Assembly: GCA_963706025.1 (NCBI GenBank)
Contig: CAVPLM010000003.1
Coordinates: forward strand, 96,001 to 160,000
DNA length: 64,000 nucleotides
Direction of reading: 5' to 3'
From: an uncultured Actinomycetes bacterium
GTDB lineage: Bacteria > Actinomycetota > Thermoleophilia > RBG-16-64-13
This document shows, in pieces, positions 30,663 through 40,599 of this stretch. The notes below the pieces were generated by a model that did not search any database, had not been told where the DNA came from, and saw only the letters and a program-made list of their open reading frames with translations. Every line of letters begins with the position of its first letter. Within the stretch, counting starts at the first letter, position 1. A program made the position numbers and the translations under genes.

Positions 30663-31544
30663 TCAGCGAACCAAAGCGTACGTGATCGTAACCGTCGCGC
30701 TGATATCGAGATTGGCTGCGCTGACGGGGACCTCCGTCACCTTGCCGCCCCCACCGGCCTCTTGGGCATACATATCGCTGTACATGGGGACGATGGGCTG
30801 CTCTATGCCGCTCTCGGTCATCGTCACGACCTCTCCCACTTTGACTCCCTGTGCGCCGGCCAAAGCCTCCGCCTTACCCTGAGCATTGGCGACCGCCTTT
30901 TTCAGGGCTTCCGTCACGGCAGCGCTGTCCTCGGCCAATCTCCACACCGGGCCGGACACGTTGGTGACCCCCGCCTCTACGGAGGCCGCCAGCACTTTCC
31001 CCACGGCGAGGGCGTCCGTCAACGTGACTGTGATAGTGTTCTGAGCCCTGTATCCCGTGAGGCTTTCCTTGCCGGTCTGCGGATCGTAGGTGCGGACCGG
31101 ATACAGCGAGACGCTGGAGGTCTCGATGGCCGTGTCTTCCACTCCCTCGGCCTTGAGTCGCTCCATGACCTTCTTGGTAGCTTGAGAGTTTGCATCCAGG
31201 GCGCCACCCGGCTCCGGCGCTTCGCTCTCCACCGACAGAGTCAGAACCGCTTCGTCCGGAGCGGTCGTGACCGTGCCCCTGCCGCTGACGGTGATGGTGT
31301 TGGGAGCCCCTGCTGCGATCTGTGGTTGGCCCGTGACCATCGTCGCCTCCTCCGAGTCGTCCCCACACCCTGCCATCAACGCCACCGCAGAGACTGCCCC
31401 AACTAGCAACACCAAAGTGACCCATCGTGCCGGCCCACCGTCGAGCAGGCGGGTGTGCAGTCGGGAAGGGCGTCCGTGCTCCCTCGGTCCGAGACCCTCG
31501 TCAACCCGCCGCCGGTGCCCCTTCGAATCCGGACTCCCGCTCAT
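30663..31544 (-). CDS. SIMPL domain (DUF541) lipoprotein
   Basis: Lipobox MAGC; ITVSGRGTV...PD and AVANAQGKAEALA motifs. Confidence 0.9.
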   Translation of the reverse strand: MSGSPDSKGHRRRVDEGLGPREHGRPSRLHTRLLDGGPARWVTLVLLVGAVSAVALMAGCGDDSEEATMVTGQPQIAAGAPNTITVSGRGTVTTAPDEAVLTLSVESEAPEPGGALDANSQATKKVMERLKAEGVEDTAIETSSVSLYPVRTYDPQTGKESLTGYRAQNTITVTLTDALAVGKVLAASVEAGVTNVSGPVWRLAEDSAAVTEALKKAVANAQGKAEALAGAQGVKVGEVVTMTESGIEQPIVPMYSDMYAQEAGGGGKVTEVPVSAANLDISATVTITYALVR

Positions 31545-31703
31545 GACCCACCCCTTTTCGCGTCGAACGCCCCGGTATTCATTCAGCGATCGTCCCACCA
31601 TGTGGTCGATCAACAATGCCTGAGACGAGAACCGTGTGGACCGCAGTTCCAGCCGAAGGCGCTCTGGCCAGGTCCGTACGAGTCATGTCCGCAAAGGCAG
31701 GCG

Positions 31704-32603
31704 TCAGGGATTCAGACGATCGACAAGGCCTTGAAGCTCGTCCGCGTCCTTGAAGGGTAGTTCGACCACTCCGCCTCCGCCCCTCATCCTGACCCGAGGA
31801 ATCACCCCAAGGGAGTTGAAGAAGGCCTCTCTGACTTCATCGACGATCTCCGGGTCCAGCAACGGACCGGCTGGGGCCGCCGGCGATCCCGCTCTCTCTG
31901 TCAAACGACGAACCTCTGCCTCGACCTGACGCACGGACATTCCTTTGCCTACCGCTCGGCGGGCGAGTTGCAGCTGCACTCCTCGCTCGTTCAGCCCCAG
32001 AAGCGCGCGTCCATGACCCTCGGAGAGGGCGCCATTCGCCAGCGATTCCTGTATGACCGCCGGGAGCTCGAGCAACCGCATCTTGTTCGCGATCGCCGAG
32101 CGGCTCTTGCCTACCCGAGCGGCAAGACTCTCCTGGGTCACCCCAAGGTCCTCGAACAACACCCGCAGGGCATACGCCTCGTCAACCGGGTTCAGCTGTT
32201 GGCGAACCACGTTCTCCACCAGGGCCAGCTCGAGGCTCTCCACATCGGAAGCGTTGCGGATGATCGCAGGGATGACCGTATACCCGGCTTGTTGAGCGGC
32301 ACGCCACCGGCGTTCCCCCGCGATAAGTTCGTACCCGTCCTCGACTTTTCGGACGATCACGGGCTGGACGACGCCGACCGAAGCGATCGACATGGCCAGT
32401 TCCTCGAGGGCGGCAGGTTCGAACACGCGACGGGGCTGCCTCGGGTTGCGTCTGATCACGCGAACAGAAAGGTCGACGATGCCCGTGTCGCTCGTGGGCC
32501 CCGACGCCGCAGCCGCGGCCTCTTCTGTGAGACTTACTCCTTCCTCGACCCCTTCGCCGAGAAGAGCAGCCAGTCCTCTGCCTAGAGCCGGTCGTTTAGC
32601 CAT
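31704..32603 (-). CDS. parB: Chromosome partitioning protein ParB
   Basis: LGRGLAALL, NPRQPR, GERRWRA and HTH KSRSAIANKMRLL. Confidence 0.96.
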   Translation of the reverse strand: MAKRPALGRGLAALLGEGVEEGVSLTEEAAAAASGPTSDTGIVDLSVRVIRRNPRQPRRVFEPAALEELAMSIASVGVVQPVIVRKVEDGYELIAGERRWRAAQQAGYTVIPAIIRNASDVESLELALVENVVRQQLNPVDEAYALRVLFEDLGVTQESLAARVGKSRSAIANKMRLLELPAVIQESLANGALSEGHGRALLGLNERGVQLQLARRAVGKGMSVRQVEAEVRRLTERAGSPAAPAGPLLDPEIVDEVREAFFNSLGVIPRVRMRGGGGVVELPFKDADELQGLVDRLNP

Positions 32604-33360
32604 TGCTGACAACCTCCAAAGCAAGATCGAAATAGGCATCGGATCCGACACAATGTGGATCCCACATCGATACGGGGAGCCCATGGCTGGGCGCTTCAGC
32701 CAGTCGGACATTGCGCGGCACCATGGTGCTGAAGGCCAGGTTCGGGAAGTGGGTACGGATCTCCAGCTCCACTTGCCGGGCGAGCGTGGTCCTAAGATCC
32801 ATCATGGTCAGCACCAACCCCGCTATCCTCAACGCAGGATTGAGGCGCTCTTTCACCGCCGTAATGGTCGAGATCAGCTGGGCCAAGCCCTCAAGAGCGT
32901 AGTACTCGGCCTGAACCGGGATTATCACTTGGTCGGTGGCCACGAGGGAATTGATCGTGAGCAGGCCCAGGGAAGGCGGACAGTCGATGAACGTGTAGCG
33001 GTACTTGGATTCCAGATCCACATGCCCGCTCAGAGCGTCTCTCAGCCGCAACTCCCGCCTCTCGAGAGCCGGAAGCAGCACACTGGCTCCAGCCATATCG
33101 GGAGACGAGGGAGCCACGTCCAGACCCGGTACACATGATTCCCTGATTATCGAGGCAAGATCGTGCTCTCCCATGAGGACCTCGAGCATGCTCGGTTCAC
33201 CTTTGGGGACGCGGACCCCCACGCCGTGGGATGCGTTCGCCTGCGAGTCCATATCGACCAGCAAGACCCGCACCCCCGATTGGGCGAGGCTCGCCGCCAG
33301 GTTGATGGCCGTGGTGGTCTTCCCCACCCCGCCCTTCTGATTCGCGATGGCGTAGATCAG
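32596..33360 (-). CDS. parA: Chromosome partitioning ATPase ParA/Soj (probable CTG start)
   Basis: IYAIANQKGGVGKTT, DCPPSLG and EAPSHG; in-frame stop upstream leaves CTG after SD AGAAAGG as the plausible start. Confidence 0.93.
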   Translation of the reverse strand: MIYAIANQKGGVGKTTTAINLAASLAQSGVRVLLVDMDSQANASHGVGVRVPKGEPSMLEVLMGEHDLASIIRESCVPGLDVAPSSPDMAGASVLLPALERRELRLRDALSGHVDLESKYRYTFIDCPPSLGLLTINSLVATDQVIIPVQAEYYALEGLAQLISTITAVKERLNPALRIAGLVLTMMDLRTTLARQVELEIRTHFPNLAFSTMVPRNVRLAEAPSHGLPVSMWDPHCVGSDAYFDLALEVVSNG

Positions 33361-33469
33361 AGTCGTGCCTTTCTACGAGCAGGTGCTTCTGCACCGGCAA
33401 GGTCTCCGTTCGGGCCCGGCTGCACGCTACGACGAGCCTTCGCGCTAGACGCCTGCGACCTCCGCATCC

Positions 33470-34171
33470 TCAGCTACCAAGAGGACGTTTTCCGGGTATC
33501 CCCGGCCGACGTGGATATCGGTCTGGTGTCGGGCGAGTTTTGCGGGCAAGATATGCCAGGCGATTCTCCGCGCCTTGGAACGGCCGCAACCGCACTACCT
33601 CCATGGACCCAGAGCCCAGTATACCCAGAGCTGCCTCAGCGTGAATACGCTCTTGGTCCGATATCGTCCCCTTCATGGCCACCATTGTGCCCCCCTCGAC
33701 GAGTAGCGGGAGCGACAACTCGGCCACCACCGGCAGCGCAGCCAACGCCCTCGATACGACCACATCATGTGCCTCGCGACCTTGGTTACGGCCGTACTCT
33801 TCCGCCCGGGCCCACCGGACCTCGACGTTTGTGAGAGAAAGCGCCTCAGCAGCCCGCTCGATGTGAGCGCACTTCTTGCGCTGCGACTCCACCGCCACGA
33901 CGTGCACTAGGGGACGGGCTAGGGCAAGGACGAGGGCAGGAAGGCCGGCTCCCGAACCGAGGTCGGCCAAGCGCTTCGCCGATGAGACGCACTCCAGATC
34001 AAGGAGCGAGAGCGAATCAAGGAAATGCACGCGCTCGACCTCTCGAGAGTCTGTCACCCCGGTCACATTGAACCCGGCTCCCAGTATGAAGTCGCCCAGG
34101 AGAGCAAGCCGCTGCTGGGCCCGTTGATCGAGCCCGCGCTCCGCATAGGCCTGTAACTCAGTAAGCTCCAA
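33470..34171 (-). CDS. rsmG: 16S rRNA m7G527 methyltransferase
   Basis: HFLDSL, DLGSGAGLP, RAEE, SRA and YPR. Confidence 0.94.
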   Translation of the reverse strand: MELTELQAYAERGLDQRAQQRLALLGDFILGAGFNVTGVTDSREVERVHFLDSLSLLDLECVSSAKRLADLGSGAGLPALVLALARPLVHVVAVESQRKKCAHIERAAEALSLTNVEVRWARAEEYGRNQGREAHDVVVSRALAALPVVAELSLPLLVEGGTMVAMKGTISDQERIHAEAALGILGSGSMEVVRLRPFQGAENRLAYLARKTRPTPDRYPRRPGIPGKRPLGS

Positions 34172-34183
34172 ATCGCCGCCCGG

Positions 34184-36139
34184 TCAGCGATCGAGAGGGG
34201 CCGGCTCCGCGCGGAGGCCCATACCGCCCGGGTTCTTGCTGGACCGGTTCTTGCTGGACCGGTGCAGGTGTACGAGCAGGACGGACACGTCGGCAGGGGA
34301 CACTCCCGGGATCCGCGAGGCCTGTCCAAGAGTCCCGGGACGCAGCCGGTTCAGCTTGTCCTTCGCCTCCCATGTAAGCCCTTCCAAGGACCAGTAGTCG
34401 AAACTCGCCGGGATCTGCAGCGTCTCGGTCGCGCGGTGCCGCCTTACTTCAGCCATCTGTCGCCGGATGTAGCCCTCGTATCTCGCCTGGATCGCAAGCT
34501 GCTCTACCACATCAGGAGAAGCGGACGAGATGCGATCGCAGTCCTCCTTTGACACGAGACGGAGCAAATCCTCGAAAGAAACCTGCGGTCGTCTGAGGAT
34601 CTTGGCTGCAGCCTGGGACTCCTCCAGGGGGGCGGTTCCGAGTGCTTCAAGGAGCGTATCTGTCGTATCGCTCGATTTGACCTGGACCGCGTCCAACAGA
34701 TCCGAGTACTCCTTGATCTTGCGCTGCTTCTCTTCAACCAGCGAGAGCTGCTCGGCGGTGAGTAGCCCCAGAGCGTGCCCTAGAGATGAAAGCCGCTCGG
34801 CGGCGTTGTCGTGGCGCAAAAGAAGACGGTATTCGGCTCGAGAAGTGAACATCCGGTAGGGCTCGTCTACTCCCTTCGTGACCAGATCGTCGATTAGGAC
34901 GCCGATGTAGGCTTGGTCTCTGCGCAGGATGAAGGGGGGCTGGTTTCGAGCATGGAGGGCAGCGTTGATTCCCGCCATCAGACCCTGCGCAGCAGCCTCC
35001 TCGTAGCCCGAGGTTCCATTGACCTGTCCGGCAGAAAAGAGCCCTTTCACCGCTCTTGCCTGCAGCGAAAGCGCCAGCTGCTCAGGAGGGAGGTAGTCAT
35101 ATTCGACGGCGTAGCCGGGCCGCACCAGCCGGGCCCTTTCCAGGCCAGGAGTGGCGTGGATGATCAGTTCTTGCACAAACACCGGGAGACTGGTCGTCAA
35201 TCCCTGGAGATACATCTCCTGCGTGGTCACACCCTCTGGCTCTACGAACACCGGATGGTGTTCCTTCTCGGGGAAGTTGATCAGTTTGCGGTCTATCGAA
35301 GGACAATAGCGAGGTCCCTTTCCACTGACGGAACCGCTCTTCAGCGGACTGAGATGGAGATGTTTGGCTACGACCTCGTGGGTCGCGGGGGTGGTATGGG
35401 TCAGAAAGCAAGGCACCTGCCGGCGAGGAGCCGGAGCGTGCCAATGCGAGAAGCACAGATCATCAGAATCACCGGCCTGCAGCGCCATGCGCTCTCTATC
35501 GATGGTCGTCCCGTCGATGCGAGGTGGTGTCGCGGATTGAAACCTATCGAGCGTCAGACCGACCTCGACCAAACTCTGAGAAAGGCGTTGGGCCGGGAGT
35601 TCGCCCACTCTCCCAGCCGCGTAGCTTCGGTCGCCAATAACGACTTTGCCTCGCAAGAAGGTGCCGGTGGCCAGAACCACGGCTTGCGTTCGCAACCGGC
35701 GGCCGTCGGCCAGTTCCACCGCCCTGATTGTTTCACGTGAAACATCAAGAGCTGCCGCCTCACCCTGGACCAGGTCGAGACCCGGCGTTCGCGCGAGCGT
35801 GAGCTTCATCCAGTCCTCGTAGAGTCGCTTGTCGGCCTGAGCCCGCAAGGCTCTGACCGCCGGCCCCTTGGAAGTGTTCAACATCTTGATCTGAATGAAC
35901 GAGCGATCGATGTTCCGCCCCTGTTCCCCGCCCAGCGCATCGATCTCGCGCGTCAGTTGACCCTTGCCGACCCCCCCCACTGCCGGGTTGCACGGCATGA
36001 GGGCGATGTTGTCAAGGTGGAGCGTGACCAGTGCGGTGCGGCAGCCCATGCGTGCCGATGCCAGCGCTGCCTCGCAACCGGCATGCCCGCCACCCACTAC
36101 GACGACGTCGTACGTCCACTCTCCGTATGTCGAGATCAC
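34184..36139 (-). CDS. mnmG: tRNA U34 carboxymethylaminomethyl modification enzyme MnmG (GidA)
   Basis: GGGHAGCEAA, MPCNP, GPRYCPSI, AGQVNGTSGYEEAAAQG and EPYRMFTSRAEYRL. Confidence 0.96.
   Translation of the reverse strand: MISTYGEWTYDVVVVGGGHAGCEAALASARMGCRTALVTLHLDNIALMPCNPAVGGVGKGQLTREIDALGGEQGRNIDRSFIQIKMLNTSKGPAVRALRAQADKRLYEDWMKLTLARTPGLDLVQGEAAALDVSRETIRAVELADGRRLRTQAVVLATGTFLRGKVVIGDRSYAAGRVGELPAQRLSQSLVEVGLTLDRFQSATPPRIDGTTIDRERMALQAGDSDDLCFSHWHAPAPRRQVPCFLTHTTPATHEVVAKHLHLSPLKSGSVSGKGPRYCPSIDRKLINFPEKEHHPVFVEPEGVTTQEMYLQGLTTSLPVFVQELIIHATPGLERARLVRPGYAVEYDYLPPEQLALSLQARAVKGLFSAGQVNGTSGYEEAAAQGLMAGINAALHARNQPPFILRRDQAYIGVLIDDLVTKGVDEPYRMFTSRAEYRLLLRHDNAAERLSSLGHALGLLTAEQLSLVEEKQRKIKEYSDLLDAVQVKSSDTTDTLLEALGTAPLEESQAAAKILRRPQVSFEDLLRLVSKEDCDRISSASPDVVEQLAIQARYEGYIRRQMAEVRRHRATETLQIPASFDYWSLEGLTWEAKDKLNRLRPGTLGQASRIPGVSPADVSVLLVHLHRSSKNRSSKNPGGMGLRAEPAPLDR
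35729..35744. other. parS centromere site
   Basis: Perfect palindrome TGTTTCACGTGAAACA inside mnmG, about 3 kb from parB. Confidence 0.92.
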
Positions 36140-37749
36140 CCGATGATCCCTCCCTGCGTTCCAGGCTGCGATGCTGCGTTTGGCCGCCCCGAGGCAGGAA
36201 AGCAGCAGCAACCAGGCGGGCCGCCGAAGAGCGACGCCCCGGCACCACCGCAGTAACGGCTTTTGCTTTGGCTCCCTGAGTCGACCCGGCTATTGATCCC
36301 GCAGCACGCCTTCACGTCCTCGGCGCCGACTTCGGCGGCGCCATCGTTTCGACAGGAATCGCCGTCTCGCTCGCCAGGGTCGCTCACTTCCGGGTCGGGG
36401 CAGTCACTTGTACCTCTGACTTCGCCGCCCCTCTTCAACAGCGCTCGTGCCACCGCGGCGCCGACGAGCGCCCCCGATCTGAGACTGCCCAGATAGGTCG
36501 AGGCACCCGCCGCCCTTCCGGCCACCCATACCGGAGGTCTTTCCCCCGATTCGAGTACCAGCCTACCATCCGGCCCAAGGTTCTCTACGACTCGCGCACG
36601 CACTGTATGCTCGAGGCGGCTCGCGAGCGCGCCTTCACTGCCGCCTGCTCCGGGTTCCCCGAGGATTCCAGCAGCCGCACCGTGGAGAGCGCGCTCTCCT
36701 TCGGGAGAGAGATGGATCTCGGCTGTGGCCCTCCCATCAGAAGACACCAGCGGTACCGGCACCCCGTCATCTCCTTCGGCAACGATCATCTGGTCGATCG
36801 GGAGCTCTTCACTCCAATGTACGGCCGGCGGATAGGATCGAGGCCAGCGGCTGCTCGAGCCGTCCATGCCCTCAATATCGCTCGTGGAGGACCCAACCGA
36901 AAAGGCCTCCGCCAAGACCCGTCGAGCCTCTTCCAGTCCCGGCCGTTCATCGCCCGGATGACAGATCCCAGCCCCTCCCGCAAACGTACGGACGGCGACC
37001 ATCTTTTCCGTTCTTTGGCCCGAGTTCGCCTCCGCGACGAACTCGACCAGCCCCGCGACCGTGCTCGGAAAACGCGCCCCCACTTCAAGGGCAACTTCAC
37101 CGAACGACGCTCCCAAGGCCTCCAGCGCGCTCCTTAGCCCATCTGCGGGGGTCTCGCCGTACCGCCCTCCGCGCGGCGAGTCTGCTCCCACGGTGATGCA
37201 CCCGCCAAGTCCAAGCCCAACAGCTATGATGACTGCATCGGCTTCGAGTATCTCCCCAAACACCGTCTCAACTGCGGCCCTGGCCGGTTGTTCTTCTTTC
37301 GAGTCCGAGGAATCCTGCGAATCCTGGTGTTGACAGAACTCGATTCTCAAATCGGTCGCCAGACCCTGCCTGAACTGGAGCCCCGGCATCCGTTCCAGAG
37401 TCCGCTTCGTCTCGATGCTGACCGCGCGCCTATCAACGATCAGCACGGGAACCCCACTCTCGGGCGCCACGGCCGAACTCAGCCAGGCCTGTCGCAGAGC
37501 GACGGGCAACATGCCCATGATCTCAGCGATCTCGCGCCAACCACTTGGTCCTGCCGCTATCTCCGGACCGTACCCAGGCAGGTTCACTCTATCCAGAGCG
37601 CTGTTGAGAAGCGTCACCTGCACTCCTTCGCCGGCAAGGACGGCCGCGCACGCGCAACCGGAGACCCCCGCTCCGACTACGACCGCAGTCGGCTGCTCTC
37701 GCGATCTCAGCCGCGTTTCTGCTGCTGGTCTCTGCACAGAGCCCTCCAC
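36136..37749 (-). CDS. Degenerate MnmG/GidA paralog (FAD-binding)
   Basis: Colinear similarity to the N-terminal two thirds of the adjacent MnmG; start and stop overlap mnmE and mnmG. Confidence 0.8.
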   Translation of the reverse strand: MEGSVQRPAAETRLRSREQPTAVVVGAGVSGCACAAVLAGEGVQVTLLNSALDRVNLPGYGPEIAAGPSGWREIAEIMGMLPVALRQAWLSSAVAPESGVPVLIVDRRAVSIETKRTLERMPGLQFRQGLATDLRIEFCQHQDSQDSSDSKEEQPARAAVETVFGEILEADAVIIAVGLGLGGCITVGADSPRGGRYGETPADGLRSALEALGASFGEVALEVGARFPSTVAGLVEFVAEANSGQRTEKMVAVRTFAGGAGICHPGDERPGLEEARRVLAEAFSVGSSTSDIEGMDGSSSRWPRSYPPAVHWSEELPIDQMIVAEGDDGVPVPLVSSDGRATAEIHLSPEGERALHGAAAGILGEPGAGGSEGALASRLEHTVRARVVENLGPDGRLVLESGERPPVWVAGRAAGASTYLGSLRSGALVGAAVARALLKRGGEVRGTSDCPDPEVSDPGERDGDSCRNDGAAEVGAEDVKACCGINSRVDSGSQSKSRYCGGAGASLFGGPPGCCCFPASGRPNAASQPGTQGGIIG

Positions 37750-39384
37750 TACTTGCCCAGGCAGAATCGGCTGAAGATCTCGTCCAACAGATCAGGGGTC
37801 AGGTCCTCGCCCGTCATGCGCCCCAGTGCTTGCGCTGCCGCCCTGATGTCCTCGCAGACGAGCTCTTCGTCCCTGTGCTGGCTGGCGCCCGATAGCGCCG
37901 CCTCGCTGCAACCCAGGGCTTCGGCTACGAGAGCGCGTTGACGCTCCGTGGCCAGCACCGGCTCTTCAAGGTGCAGCCCCTCGCCGCCCGTGATGATTCG
38001 CTGAATGACGACGCGCAGGTCTTCCAGGCCCTCTCCCGTCAGAGCGGAGACTACACAGTCGTATCGTGCGTTCGTGCCGACATCACCGATGCCCAGGGAG
38101 GGCATACGCGCACCGGCACCCTTCCGCGCTCCCCCTCCCAATGACCCCTGGTCCTCCAAGAGGTCGTTCACGACATCGGTTCCTCTGCCCCGTATGAGAT
38201 CGCTCTTGTTCCCTACCATGATCGATCGAACCGGATCAAGGCTCTCGAACAGCTTGGTGTCGGCCTCATCCCAGGGAGCCGAGAGATCGAACACGGCCAG
38301 TACGAGGTCTGCCTGTTCCATGGCCCGCACGGAACGCTCCACTCCCAGTTGCTCCACCTGGTCACCACCACTCCGCATCCCCGCGGTGTCGACCAAGTGA
38401 ATGGGGATGCCCCCGATCTCCATGAGCTCCTCCACCGTGTCGCGTGTCGTTCCAGGTATATCCGACACGATAGCCCGTTCCCTCATGAGGAGAGCGTTCA
38501 GAAGAGAGCTCTTGCCCACGTTGGGTTTGCCAACGATGGCGGTCCTCACCCCTTGTTCCAGCGCGCGGCCTACGAAGGCGGTGCGCAGTAGGTGCGCCAG
38601 CTCATCGCGCACGGAGCTCAGGCCTTCCGCCAGCGACTCCCAATCCAGCGAGTCCACATCCTCGTCGGAGAAATCCACCGTGGCTTCAATGTGCGCAAGA
38701 AGAACCACCAATTCTCTGCGCAGGGAACGAAGCTTGTCCGAAAGCCCACCCTCCAACTGGCGCACCGATACCCTCAACGCTCCCGAGCTGCGCGCGGCAA
38801 CGATCGCAGCCACGCTCTCGGCTTGAGTCAGATCGATCCGCCCATTCAGGAAGGCCCGCCGCGTGAATTCCCCCGGCTCCGCGAGCCGGGCCCCCAGACG
38901 GACCATCAACCGCAGCACGGCCCGCTGCGCGGCCAGGCCCCCGTGGGAATGAAACTCGACTACATCCTCACGGGTGTACGAGCGCGGAGCCCGCATGACT
39001 GCCAGGAGGACCTCGTCAACGGGCACGCCGTCATCAGGGTCCACGACTCTTCCGTACAGCAGGCGGTACGTCTCCCCCTTGATCCAAAGGCATACCCCGA
39101 GCAGGGTGGAAAGCGGACTCGGCGATCGAGATCGCCCCCGGCCCGCTCATCCGCACGATACCGATGGCTCCTAGTCCGGTAGCCGTCGACACAGCAACGA
39201 TGGTGTCTTCGCCCCAGCCTGCATCTTCAGGCTCGGCTTCACCCGCCGCTGGCTCGTCCACCACTTTGGGCTCCTCCGCCGCCATCGGCTCGTCCACCAC
39301 TTTGGGCTCCTCCGCCGCTGCGGGCTCGTCTGCCGCGGTCGGCTGTGCGGTGAGGTTCTTCTGATCACCGGGCGCGTGGGACAT
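37749..39384 (-). CDS. mnmE: tRNA modification GTPase MnmE (frameshift near 39075)
   Basis: DTIVAVST...IGIVRMSG in one frame; SYTRED, GKPNVGKSS, GTTRD, DTAG, NKSD and FCLGK in the next. Confidence 0.93.
39251..39330. repeat. 36-bp tandem repeat (about 2.2 copies) in the MnmE N-terminal extension
   Basis: GGCTCGTCCACCACTTTGGGCTCCTCCGCCGC at 39251 and 39287; encodes AAEEPKVVDEP twice. Confidence 0.9.
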
Positions 39385-39668
39385 CTGACTTTCTTCTCGC
39401 TGGTTTGCGTTTCTCGGTGATTCTTGGCGGTTCTTGCAGTCGGGCGGATCCTGGGGCTGAGATGATGCCAGAAAACGCGCTAGGCGACCACAAACGCGCG
39501 CCCCCCGGATGCGGACGGGTACGCGTCCGCATCCACGGTTCAGCCGATCACGGCATGCTTCCGCTACTCGGAATGCACCCGTCGGCAAACCGGCACCAGC
39601 TGGCAAACCGGAGGCCACTTAGAGACGCCGGCGCACTTCTCGGAGCAACCTCGCAGGTGGAAGACCGC

Positions 39669-39749
39669 CTCGCGCGCCTCACACGACTCGCGCGCCTCAC
39701 ACGACTCGCAGGCCTCGCACGCCTCGCGGGCCTCGCACGACTCGCGGTT
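39669..39749. repeat. 9-bp degenerate tandem repeat (9 units) between jag and mnmE
   Basis: Units CTCGCGCGC, CTCACACGA, CTCGCAGGC and similar. Confidence 0.85.
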
Positions 39750-39777
39750 GCCTCACGCAAGCCGCCTAACCACGAGG

Positions 39778-40599
39778 TCAACGCACGGGCGAGATCACCA
39801 CCGAACGGTTGGGTTCCCGCCCCTGGCTGGCCGTGACCACGTCATTTCGACCCTTCAGCGAGAGATGGACGATCTTCCGTTCGGCTGGGCTCATGGGGGC
39901 GAGCTCCACCGGCCTGCCTCGCTTGATAGCTTCCTGGGCCTTGCGAAGAGCTACCCGCTCGATCTGTTGCCGCCGCCGTTCCTTGTAGCCCTCAGCGTCT
40001 AACTCCACATGCTTGCGCCGTGCGTGCGCCCCAGGGAACACGGCGATGCTCGCGAGATACTCCACGGCGTCGATCGTCTGTCCTCGGCGGCCGATAAGGA
40101 TACCCAGGTCCTCCCCGGTGATTTCCGCACGCAGTTCATCGGGGGTTTCGCTGAGGCGCACCTTCGCGGTAAGTCCGAGCTCCGTCACCAAGCGTTGCAG
40201 AAACGCGCGCAAGCGCTCGGCCTCCGCGCTGTCGGCCAACCCGTCTTCGCGATCGCTTTGATCGCCTGCCTCGGCATAGCTGTCGTCGTATTCTTCGCTC
40301 TCTTCGTAATCGACTTCGGATCCGTCGACGAGCAGTTCCGCCGGCTGGGCATCTGCCCCAGGACCGTAGAAATCGAACACTTCGTCCACGAGCGCGACCT
40401 CAACGATGGCATCGACGGCGCCCGCTCCCATGAACCCCTCCTCCGGAGGGATCACGATGGTAACTTCGTATTGGTCCTCAGCTAGCTCTCCCGGCGCGAA
40501 ATCAAGTTCGGCCAGAGCTCTTTGGACGGCCTGCTCCACTGTTCGGCCGCTGGCCTTTGCTACCTGTTGTCTTCCTTTGCGTCCCTGGTTTCTTGCCAC
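39778..40599 (-). CDS. jag: Jag/EloR (KhpB) RNA-binding protein
   Basis: Jag_N GRTVEQAV-AL-EL, KH LIGRRGQT and R3H ERKIVH; GTG after SD GGAGG. Confidence 0.92.
   Translation of the reverse strand: MARNQGRKGRQQVAKASGRTVEQAVQRALAELDFAPGELAEDQYEVTIVIPPEEGFMGAGAVDAIVEVALVDEVFDFYGPGADAQPAELLVDGSEVDYEESEEYDDSYAEAGDQSDREDGLADSAEAERLRAFLQRLVTELGLTAKVRLSETPDELRAEITGEDLGILIGRRGQTIDAVEYLASIAVFPGAHARRKHVELDAEGYKERRRQQIERVALRKAQEAIKRGRPVELAPMSPAERKIVHLSLKGRNDVVTASQGREPNRSVVISPVR

Noticed and set aside
39060-39085. Programmed frameshift in mnmE
   Set aside because: The indel sits in a 5-base homopolymer of a conserved gene in an assembly with many indels; an error is more parsimonious
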